Positions 10,060 to 17,427 of a stretch of DNA of 32,000 nt are shown piece by piece (position 1 is the stretch's first letter; each line of letters opens with the position of its first letter). A model generated the notes under the pieces. That model did not search any database. It saw only the letters and a program-made list of their open reading frames with translations, and was not told where the DNA came from. A program made the position numbers and the translations under genes. Source of the stretch: Tannockella kyphosi (lineage in GTDB: Bacteria > Bacillota_I > Bacilli_A > Erysipelotrichales > Coprobacillaceae); NCBI RefSeq assembly GCF_021054785.1, contig NZ_CP088239.1, forward strand, positions 1,410,001 through 1,442,000, read 5' to 3'.

Positions 10060-13000
10060 TTACCTCTTATGGTACATACCCGTAATTGAACTGTTTATAA
10101 ACAATAAATCTTCAACTCTTAAATTAAGTCCAGGTCTTCTACCCTCGCGTTCTGTTCCGCCTATTAATTTTAAATTCCCATTCTCAGCTCCTGCTTTATA
10201 TATTTTTAAAATTTCAAATAGAACTGTCACTTTATCTTCTAATGATAGTTTTAAAAATAAGTCTTTTCCTTTTTCAATTTTATTCAATTCATTATCATAG
10301 AAGCTATAAAATTGTTTTCCTTTTGTTAATAAAATATCGTACGCTTCCAGCAGTTCCTCATCTTGTAAAACCGAATAAGAATTACTTTTCTTGCACTTTT
10401 CCATTTTACTAAACAATGTCTTAGTCGACTTATCTAATATTAATTGTTGTGCGTTTACTATCTCTCGATGAGATGTCAAATAAAATGGATGCCCCTTATA
10501 AAGTATCAATTGTTGAATATAAATTTTTCCAGTTATAAAACTAACGTTAAAAATACTGTACTCTTTTTCTAAATAGCTGATTAATTCTTCTTCAGATGAA
10601 GACCTTAAATAAATTGGGACAGAGATTATTTTTGTGTCCTCTTTTTTATTCTTGTTATGATTAAACTTGATTCCCATACAGTATGCACTTTGTATACCTG
10701 AAAAACCGCCATACTTTTCTACGTTCGCTCTATTTTTATTCACTGGTATTTTAGCTTTCGTTTTTAAATTATTCGATTTTGAAAGAACTGTCAAATTAAA
10801 CATAATTCCCTTGTTTTCTTCTACTTTCTTTGTTAGAAAATATTTTTTATAATCATATACTTTTAATATACTAGTAATATTATTCGGTTTCCAAATAAGT
10901 TCTCCGGTCTCTGAATCAAAGAATTCTCTTTCCAAGCTATTAATAATAACAGTTCCTTTATCATGTATACCATATTCTAAATCTTTATTTCTTTTGTTTC
11001 TATACTTGTTAAATGTCATATCTATACCAAACATTGGATATCTCATTTTTATGTAGCCACCCAGAAAGGCAGCAGTATATGCATCATGCGCATGATGGTA
11101 ATCGTTAATACCTCTCACTTTAACTATACCATATTTATTTGTGAACTCTTTCGACAGATTTGCTCTTATTGCTGAGACGTTCACCTCAGGATATCTGTTT
11201 TGTAACAATTGTAAAACATGCTTTGTTATTTGTCTTGTTTCAACTAATTGCCTTGCAATAAAACCTTCAATTTGAGCTTTATCAAATTCTGGCCTCGATA
11301 AGTTAAATTGTTTTTTAGAACTAATTAGTTTTCTATCCTGTAACAATTGCCAATAACGTCTTTGTTTCTGAATTATCTCAGGATCTAGACATAATTGATC
11401 CGACTTCTCTTGATTTCTTTTTCTTTTTACCAAAACCAGATTATCTATACTGTTATCCGGCACCAAACACCTAGGTAAAACATGATCAATTTCATATTCT
11501 TGTAAAGAAGATAAAGATAGAGTTTCACCCGAATACATGCATCGTCCTAGTTGCAAACAATAAAGGTAAAGTTTATCATTTCTAAGTTGTTTATCATCAA
11601 ATGATTCCAATTGTTTTTTTATACTTTTCGCACTATCAATATAAGCACTATCAAATGATTTATCGGATGCAATTTCTTTATACAAGGCATCTAATCTATC
11701 TTTTCTTGAAACTGTTCTCTTCTTTGTGTTTTCTTCCCTAGCTATCTCCAAAAAAATATTTTCTGGTTCGCATCCCATAACTTGTATTATTTCTTTTACA
11801 ACTTTAACTGCTTGCCATATTCCTCTTTTTAAACTCGGTGATCCATGTAATGCAGCGATATCTTCATAAACAATATCATTTTCATCTTTTAATTTAACAG
11901 CATCCGCAATGTGTTTTTTAAATTGATATTTAGATGATGTTATCACCTGTTGGAAAACAAGTTGTTCACTTTCCAAGATATCCAAAACAGACTTTCCTTC
12001 ACTCTTTATATCAGATAAAATCTTCTTCGATAGGCTTGACCACCCAGAATAACGTGTAGATAAAATACTAGTAAGTTGCTCTTCATTTACAAATTCTGGT
12101 AACTCTAATTGGATTCTTTTTTTCAATATTTTTTTATCCTCATAAACTGTCATCCAAAGAATTATTTTTTCGATATCATCGATATTATCATCGTTTATTT
12201 CCCCAAAAATTTGTGTAAACTTTATCCATGGTGCTAAAGATGAAGCAAACTGTTTTTCTTTTTGATACCCTGTTACTTTTGAAATTTTTTGTTTATACTG
12301 TCCATTTTCATACCATTCAATAAAATCTTTTTCTTTTACAATAATTTTTTTCATAAATAACTCTTCAAAGGCTTTTGTTTTTACTTCAACTGGCAACAAC
12401 TTATCATCCACACGAATTTGATTTAATTCATTTAACACCTCGTACTTAGAAACATATAGTGAGTTTTTAGCTAATGTATACTCTCCCGGAAAATAGGTAC
12501 ATGTATTTCTCATCCTGTTAATAAACGCTGCTGCTGTCTCTTCCATATTGACTACTTCTTCAATATTCCAAGGTGTAATTCTTTGATTTTCTTGTCCTGG
12601 TCTTTTTGTTAACCATGCAAATTTGCGGACTTTAGCATAACTCATTGGTCCTATGTAGTAAGGATATCTAAAAGTTACTAACTTCAATAATTTGTCTTTG
12701 TTTTCTTTTATGGTTGGATAATATTTTTCCTGCTTTTCAATAATTGTTTTCAATTCTTGAACATGTAATTGATAGGGAATTGCCCCATTATCAGTAGAGT
12801 TGATTTTAGGCAAGAGCTTATCTTCAGTCGCTCTTTTCTTCAATAACTCAACTTCCTCACCTTCAAGTTTGTTTAAAATTTCTAATATCTTTTTATTCAA
12901 GTCTTCTTGTGAACATTTTTTTGGATGATTAATGTAATTGTAGTAGCTTTTTGTTTTTTCGTCTTTATCTTTAAATATACGGATAAATTCATCTCTATCA

Positions 13001-14019
13001 TAATTATTAATTAATTTTTTTAACACTTTCAAGTCTTGTTTATGAGTTTCGTATTTACTAATCATTGCATCACTAATACTCTCTTCAGATTGAAGTACAT
13101 CCTCTAACACAATCCAGCTATAAATTTCATGCAGAAGGGCTATAAACTCCATTTTTTCACCTAATTCCGATTCGTAATCTGCTAGTTTCTCAGTATACTC
13201 TTCGTTTTTAAAATGTAGAACCACTTTGTCATCAATATCTTTTATTTCAAATAATTTAGTCAGCTTTATTTTTAGGCCTAGTATTACAGAAAAAATATTT
13301 TCCATTCTCTTAGAGTTTTGCCATTTTACTTTAGCAACTATTTCTTTTTTCTTAGCTGTAGCATTCATTGATGTGGAAGATAAAATAATTTTGATCAAGT
13401 CAATTTCTTCTTGAGAAATTGATTCATTCTCCCCATAGATTACTTGCATTTGTGAAAATAAATCCATTAATTTGTCTTCTATTTCAATATTATTAGCATT
13501 AAATTCTTGACCTTCATACAAAAAATTCCCTCTATATTTTATAATATGATGTAAAGCTAAATAAACATATCTAGGATCCATTTTTTCTTCGACTGTCATT
13601 AAAGCTTTTCTCAAATGATAAACTGTTGGGTACATCTTAAAATAATCTCTTTCTTCTTCTTGGCTATTAAATAAATTTACAGGAATATTTGTTCCTAATA
13701 GTTCTTTTTTATCTTCATAATCTAAAAACGAAGCTTCTTTTATTTTTTTAATAAATAATGGATCAACCTTGATAACCTCTCCCATAAAAAAGTAATCCAA
13801 CCATCTAATACGTTCTCTTCTTTTGTTGAATTTTCTTCTTGTTCCTCTGGATAACCTTCTTTCTTTAGCAACATTCGCTGTTTCGAATAATCTGGTACCC
13901 CACATATTTTCTCTTTTGAATCTAACAAGCTTGTGATATTCATCAACCACTGCCCATCCCACTGAATTAGTCCCAATATCTATTCCAATAGTATAAATAA
14001 TCTTTTTTTTCTTAACCAT
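10060..14019 (-). CDS. cas9: Cas9 (type II-A, 1319 aa)
   Basis: RuvC-I is IGIDIGTNSVGWAVV. The Arg-rich bridge helix is RRLSRGTRRKFNKRRERIRWL. RuvC-II is IFLEIAREE. HNH is YEIDHVLPRCLVPDNSIDNLVLV...N. RuvC-III is NDYHHAHDAY. The RBS GGAGAGG (rc of 14027-14033) sits 7 nt upstream of the ATG. Confidence 0.97.
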   Translation of the reverse strand: MVKKKKIIYTIGIDIGTNSVGWAVVDEYHKLVRFKRENMWGTRLFETANVAKERRLSRGTRRKFNKRRERIRWLDYFFMGEVIKVDPLFIKKIKEASFLDYEDKKELLGTNIPVNLFNSQEEERDYFKMYPTVYHLRKALMTVEEKMDPRYVYLALHHIIKYRGNFLYEGQEFNANNIEIEDKLMDLFSQMQVIYGENESISQEEIDLIKIILSSTSMNATAKKKEIVAKVKWQNSKRMENIFSVILGLKIKLTKLFEIKDIDDKVVLHFKNEEYTEKLADYESELGEKMEFIALLHEIYSWIVLEDVLQSEESISDAMISKYETHKQDLKVLKKLINNYDRDEFIRIFKDKDEKTKSYYNYINHPKKCSQEDLNKKILEILNKLEGEEVELLKKRATEDKLLPKINSTDNGAIPYQLHVQELKTIIEKQEKYYPTIKENKDKLLKLVTFRYPYYIGPMSYAKVRKFAWLTKRPGQENQRITPWNIEEVVNMEETAAAFINRMRNTCTYFPGEYTLAKNSLYVSKYEVLNELNQIRVDDKLLPVEVKTKAFEELFMKKIIVKEKDFIEWYENGQYKQKISKVTGYQKEKQFASSLAPWIKFTQIFGEINDDNIDDIEKIILWMTVYEDKKILKKRIQLELPEFVNEEQLTSILSTRYSGWSSLSKKILSDIKSEGKSVLDILESEQLVFQQVITSSKYQFKKHIADAVKLKDENDIVYEDIAALHGSPSLKRGIWQAVKVVKEIIQVMGCEPENIFLEIAREENTKKRTVSRKDRLDALYKEIASDKSFDSAYIDSAKSIKKQLESFDDKQLRNDKLYLYCLQLGRCMYSGETLSLSSLQEYEIDHVLPRCLVPDNSIDNLVLVKRKRNQEKSDQLCLDPEIIQKQRRYWQLLQDRKLISSKKQFNLSRPEFDKAQIEGFIARQLVETRQITKHVLQLLQNRYPEVNVSAIRANLSKEFTNKYGIVKVRGINDYHHAHDAYTAAFLGGYIKMRYPMFGIDMTFNKYRNKRNKDLEYGIHDKGTVIINSLEREFFDSETGELIWKPNNITSILKVYDYKKYFLTKKVEENKGIMFNLTVLSKSNNLKTKAKIPVNKNRANVEKYGGFSGIQSAYCMGIKFNHNKNKKEDTKIISVPIYLRSSSEEELISYLEKEYSIFNVSFITGKIYIQQLILYKGHPFYLTSHREIVNAQQLILDKSTKTLFSKMEKCKKSNSYSVLQDEELLEAYDILLTKGKQFYSFYDNELNKIEKGKDLFLKLSLEDKVTVLFEILKIYKAGAENGNLKLIGGTEREGRRPGLNLRVEDLLFINSSITGMYHKR

Positions 14020-14020
14020 C

Positions 14021-14049
14021 TTGACACCTCTCCTTTTCTGTTGTACTAT
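14021..14049 (+). promoter_or_regulatory. Candidate sigma-A promoter of the tracrRNA
   Basis: TTGACA (14021-14026), a 17-nt spacer, then TACTAT (14044-14049) preceded by TG. The -35 box begins 2 nt from the cas9 ATG on the opposite strand. Confidence 0.5.
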
Positions 14050-14055
14050 TGTCTT

Positions 14056-14158
14056 GTAGCAAAAACACTACATTGCTACCATTCAAAATCGCATTGCAAA
14101 GTTAAAATAAAGTTTATACTTAATTACATTAGTGAACGCATAGGCGTTCTTTTTTTTT
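14056..14158 (+). ncRNA. tracrRNA: tracrRNA
   Basis: The plus-strand CTACCATTCAAAATC (14076-14090) is perfectly complementary to crRNA repeat positions 16-30. Flanking positions pair through G-U wobbles. It continues GCAAAGTTAAAATAAAG (near-identical to the SpCas9 tracrRNA lower stem/bulge GCAAGTTAAAATAAGG as I recall it). Next come a small nexus-like hairpin AAGT-TTAT-ACTT and a terminator hairpin with a U-run. The 5' end is predicted only from the promoter. Confidence 0.85.
14134..14158 (+). terminator. Intrinsic terminator of the tracrRNA
   Basis: GAACGC (14134-14139), loop ATAG, GCGTTC (14144-14149), followed by nine T (14150-14158). The reverse strand has no U-run after the hairpin, so it should not stop cas9-direction transcription. 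Confidence 0.8.
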
Positions 14159-14175
14159 GCGATTTTCTTATATTC

Positions 14176-14204
14176 ATTATAACATATAGTATCTTTAATG
14201 TGCA
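14176..14204 (-). promoter_or_regulatory. Candidate cas9 operon promoter located beyond the tracrRNA gene
   Basis: The minus strand reads TGCACA (rc 14199-14204), 17 nt, then TGtTATAAT. This is a perfect extended -10, with the hexamer at rc 14176-14181 and the TG at rc 14183-14184. I found no comparable promoter between the tracrRNA gene and the cas9 ATG. Confidence 0.35.
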
Positions 14205-14294
14205 TATTATTTTTTAACTTGAACACCATAATACAGGTGTTTATACATTGTTTTAGATTTGCTTCATTTCTGAAAATATGTTATGCAAATTCAC

Positions 14295-14327
14295 TTTTTT
14301 AAAAAAATAGAGTGCATCGCACTCTAT
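14295..14327 (-). terminator. Rho-independent terminator of the ABC-2 operon, overlapping its stop codon
   Basis: ATAGAGTGC (14307-14315), loop atc, GCACTCTAT (14319-14327). On the minus strand it is followed by seven U (rc of 14301-14307 region). The stop codon (14324-14326) lies inside the stem. Confidence 0.7.
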
Positions 14328-15952
14328 CCTATAAATGATTCAAATCTTTTTACACCATATGTTTTTAATAAGTAAATTGATAAACCATTACATACGACTA
14401 AAAAAGCAAAAACAAAACAACAATACTGATACATGGTGATAAAGTTATCAAATAATTTAAAATAAGCAACAGTTAATAAAATAACAAAAGCCATTGTTCC
14501 AAACATAGTAATTACTACTGCCATACTTTGTTTTACTACCACTGTTTCATTCACCCAATCAAATTTTGGTTTCCATAAATTAATTAATAATCCCCCACTA
14601 CTAACAAGACAAATTAGTAAAAAAGGTACTATTGTTACTAATAAAACAGAAAGTATATCGAATCCAAATCCTATTGCTACTACTAATGAAAATAGTAACT
14701 GTGTTGGTACACATAGTAGAATATGAAACAAAACTTTCACCATAAGGATATCAAATGTTTTGATAGGTAACGATTTGATAATCCATAATCTATTTCCTTC
14801 TAAGGAAATAGATGCACAACTTATCATATTTAAAGAAGTACAATAACAAAGTGCAATAATAATAAGTGGTACTAATAGTTCTTTTGCATCTACTAAAGAA
14901 ATACCACTAGTTAGTATAAACTCTTTTATATCACTATAATAAAAGATAAAAGCTCCTATTCCTATTAAATTAAAGATAATCCCCATTGATCCATTTAACA
15001 TAACCATTGGATTAGAAGAATAATGTTTCCATTCTCTTTTTAATAAAGATTGGAAGATTGTTTTTTGTACCATTTCTTTTTTTACATACTCAATCTTATT
15101 TTGTTTTGACTTAGATAAAGATAATTTAATAAAGTTATTTGCTAGTACCTTCATCACGAAAAGAAAAGGTACAATCATACATAATACAAAAATAAGATAA
15201 CTAATAATAGACTCTTCTTGCATTCCTATTGCCATATAATATAGTGGTGGCACTACTCTCTTCACTACATCCGCAATTCTCTCTCCTTGTGCTAATAAAT
15301 AATTAACATAACTAGCTCCACTACTTACAACATATAAATAAATCATAAAAAAAGAAATGTAAGTAACAAAAGTAAAGATATTCTTATTCTTAACATAACG
15401 CATGAAAAAAGTAATCAACCAAGCAAAAAGACATGTAATTGACAACACAAATAATGGTAATATCAAAAAGGTAATAAAGAAAAATAACGCTTGTAATACA
15501 CTTATTCCTTGATATTGAATATAAACAAGATATGCCGGAATAATAACCAGTGCACAATAAACATAGTTAGATAACAAAACAACAATTACCCTACTCAATA
15601 AAATATCCATTTCTTTTAAAGGCAACGATAATAATAATTCATTATCCTTAGCATCATATATTTCTTGCTTAGCAAGAAATACACTACCAATAAAACTTAG
15701 TAGTATCGCAAAAACTGCCATCATAGCAAAATATAACCATAATATTTCTAACATTTCAAACACTGGATAAATTATATTAAAACCAGAAAACGCCAAGGCA
15801 AACAGGACCCCAAAAACATATAGGAATAACAATCCATATAAGATACATTTTGACAGACTAACTTTACCTTCTTTTTTACCACCTTTTGTTAATTGAGATA
15901 GTAATCCTTTTAGACGAATTTTAATTAATTGCTTAAGCATTATCATCACCAA
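14324..15952 (-). CDS. Polytopic ABC-2-type exporter permease
   Basis: 542 aa and almost entirely hydrophobic helices. It overlaps the 3' end of the upstream ATPase gene. The real start may be the ATG at 15938-15940 (MLKQLIK...), which has GGTGAT upstream, rather than the TTG at 15952. Confidence 0.75.
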   Translation of the reverse strand: MVMIMLKQLIKIRLKGLLSQLTKGGKKEGKVSLSKCILYGLLFLYVFGVLFALAFSGFNIIYPVFEMLEILWLYFAMMAVFAILLSFIGSVFLAKQEIYDAKDNELLLSLPLKEMDILLSRVIVVLLSNYVYCALVIIPAYLVYIQYQGISVLQALFFFITFLILPLFVLSITCLFAWLITFFMRYVKNKNIFTFVTYISFFMIYLYVVSSGASYVNYLLAQGERIADVVKRVVPPLYYMAIGMQEESIISYLIFVLCMIVPFLFVMKVLANNFIKLSLSKSKQNKIEYVKKEMVQKTIFQSLLKREWKHYSSNPMVMLNGSMGIIFNLIGIGAFIFYYSDIKEFILTSGISLVDAKELLVPLIIIALCYCTSLNMISCASISLEGNRLWIIKSLPIKTFDILMVKVLFHILLCVPTQLLFSLVVAIGFGFDILSVLLVTIVPFLLICLVSSGGLLINLWKPKFDWVNETVVVKQSMAVVITMFGTMAFVILLTVAYFKLFDNFITMYQYCCFVFAFLVVCNGLSIYLLKTYGVKRFESFIG

Positions 15953-16646
15953 TATCTAAGAAGAAATCTTCTAAAGATTCATTTCCTATTACTTCTTGTG
16001 TTTTTCCAGATACAACTAATTTTCCTTTTTTAATAATTGCAATATGATCACATAGTTTTTCTGCTACTTCTAAAACATGAGTAGAAAAGAAGATTGCATT
16101 TCCTTGATCACAAAATTCTCTCATTAATTCTTTTAATTCTTTTGATGTTTTAGGATCTAGACCAACAAATGGTTCATCCATTAATAATAATTTAGGTTGA
16201 TGTATAAAAGCACTAATAATAGCCAATTTTTGCTTCATCCCATGAGAATAAGAACTAATTGGTTGTGCTAAGTCTTTTGTAAGTTCAAACATATCTGCAT
16301 ACTTATGAATACGTTCTTCACGATCTTTTGCACTTATCCCAAAGACATCTCCAATAAAATTTAAATATGCTGCTCCTGAAAGATATTCATATAGATCCGG
16401 ATTATCCGGAAGATAAGCAATAATCTTCTTTACTTCCAATGCATTATTTTCTAAAGAGATATTATCCACTGTAATATTTCCTTGTTCAATCGGTAATAAA
16501 CCTGCAATGCTTTTTAATGTAGTCGTCTTCCCAGCACCATTATGACCAATAAATCCATAAATAGAACCACTAGGTATTTCTAAAGTAAGATCATCTACTG
16601 CTTTAAATTCTCCATACTGCTTTGTAAGATTTTTAATTTTTAACAT
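15933..16646 (-). CDS. ABC transporter ATP-binding protein (ABC-2 subfamily)
   Basis: 237 aa. Walker A is GHNGAGKTT, the signature-like motif is YSHGMKQK, and Walker B is LLLMDEPFVGLD. The RBS GGAGGA (rc 16651-16656) lies upstream of the ATG. Confidence 0.9.
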   Translation of the reverse strand: MLKIKNLTKQYGEFKAVDDLTLEIPSGSIYGFIGHNGAGKTTTLKSIAGLLPIEQGNITVDNISLENNALEVKKIIAYLPDNPDLYEYLSGAAYLNFIGDVFGISAKDREERIHKYADMFELTKDLAQPISSYSHGMKQKLAIISAFIHQPKLLLMDEPFVGLDPKTSKELKELMREFCDQGNAIFFSTHVLEVAEKLCDHIAIIKKGKLVVSGKTQEVIGNESLEDFFLDIGDDNA

Positions 16647-16668
16647 ATAATCCTCCTGTATATCAGCT

Positions 16669-16738
16669 ATTATACAATCGCTCTTTATGATGACAAGCTA
16701 TTTTACATATTATACAATTTTTTTGACATAAGTTGCAA
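16669..16738 (-). promoter_or_regulatory. Two candidate tandem promoters for the ABC-2 operon
   Basis: The distal candidate is TTGCAA (rc 16733-16738), 18 nt, TATAAT (rc 16709-16714). The proximal candidate is TTGTCA (rc 16691-16696), 16 nt, TATAAT (rc 16669-16674). Both -10 boxes sit in the same ATTGTATAAT context. Confidence 0.4.
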
Positions 16739-16760
16739 AATATATTTTCATACTATAGGC

Positions 16761-16985
16761 TATTTTGAGTAACATAAAAAGAGGCTGGCCGGCCTCTTTT
16801 TTATACACTAGAAAGTGTTTATTAAGGAAAATCACCAATACACTGTATAAGAAGGGTTTCATGATTTGGTTTGTACATGAGAATTTCTACTAGCTTGCAT
16901 CTAGGTAGAAACGGAGTATATTAGTGGTTAGTCTCTGCTAACTACATACATAATACATTTTGCAATTATAAAAGTCAACACTTAT
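16761..16985. repeat. Direct repeat copy A (~225 bp)
   Basis: Aligns base-for-base with 17139-17362 (offset 378 bp). The first ~150 bp are identical by eye. Overall there are about 7 differences including one 1-nt indel, and weaker similarity continues ~20 bp further right. Confidence 0.9.
16775..16943 (-). ncRNA. Candidate ~170-nt structured small RNA, copy A (family unknown)
   Basis: Minus-strand promoter is TTGACT (rc 16973-16978), 17 nt, TATTAT (rc 16950-16955) with an adjacent TG. The terminator is GAGGC-loop-GCCTC (16781-16796) followed by UUUUU. Internal hairpins include GUUAG-CAGAGA-CUAAC and UUUCUAC(C)CUAG-AUGCAAG-CUAGUAGAAA. No credible ORF is present. Confidence 0.45.
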
Positions 16986-17138
16986 AGTAAAAAAATAAAA
17001 ATATTATTAATAGCTTATGATAATGTCCTAAAATAAAATAAGTACGATAAATAGAAAGTTATTTACAACTAATAAAATTACTTCCCTTATTATCTAAAAT
17101 GAAAACAGATTTTTATATCATTTAATCGTACGATGTGT

Positions 17139-17362
17139 TATTTTGAGTAACATAAAAAGAGGCTGGCCGGCCTCTTTTTTATACACTAGAAAGTGTTTAT
17201 TAAGGAAAATCACCAATACACTGTATAAGAAGGGTTTCATGATTTGGTTTGTACATGAGAATTTCTACTAGCTTGCATCTAGGAGAAATGGAGTATATTA
17301 GTGGTTAGTCTCTGCTAACTACCTATATGATACATTCTGTAATTATAAAAGTCAACACTTAA
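17139..17362. repeat. Direct repeat copy B (~224 bp)
   Basis: Second copy of the 16761-16985 unit. The copies are separated by ~150 bp of unrelated AT-rich sequence. Confidence 0.9.
17153..17320 (-). ncRNA. Candidate ~170-nt structured small RNA, copy B (family unknown)
   Basis: Same architecture as copy A. The promoter is TTGACT (rc 17350-17355), 17 nt, TATCAT (rc 17327-17332), with an identical terminator at 17159-17174. The two differences within the transcribed part both fall on one strand of the long hairpin and keep it foldable. Confidence 0.45.
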
Positions 17363-17427
17363 CATAAAAAAAATGAAAATATATTTCTTTTCATACTGAA
17401 TGTATAGACATTTTGTATGTTTTAAAG

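Noticed and set aside
14250-14257. GTTTTAGA (the first 8 nt of the crRNA-sense repeat) on the plus strand downstream of the tracrRNA, considered as an orphan repeat or second guide element.
   Set aside because: Similarity stops after 8 nt. An AT-rich 8-mer is expected about once by chance in a 32-kb window counted on both strands.
14324-16646. ABC-2 ATPase/permease pair next to cas9, considered as a CRISPR-associated or defence module.
   Set aside because: It has its own promoters and a strong terminator, carries ordinary transporter motifs, and I know of no functional link. The adjacency is most simply coincidental.
16761-17362. Tandem repeats interpreted as a MITE or IS remnant, as a type I toxin-antitoxin pair, or as a cis-acting riboswitch of the ABC-2 operon.
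   Set aside because: There are no terminal inverted repeats, target-site duplications or transposase. The only peptides (for example MYKPNHETLLIQCIGDFP and MRISTSLHLG...) are short, non-hydrophobic, RBS-less and not frame-conserved between copies. The ABC-2 operon has its own promoters downstream of the copy-A terminator, and I saw no alternative antiterminator pairing. An independent sRNA is the reading I kept, at modest confidence.
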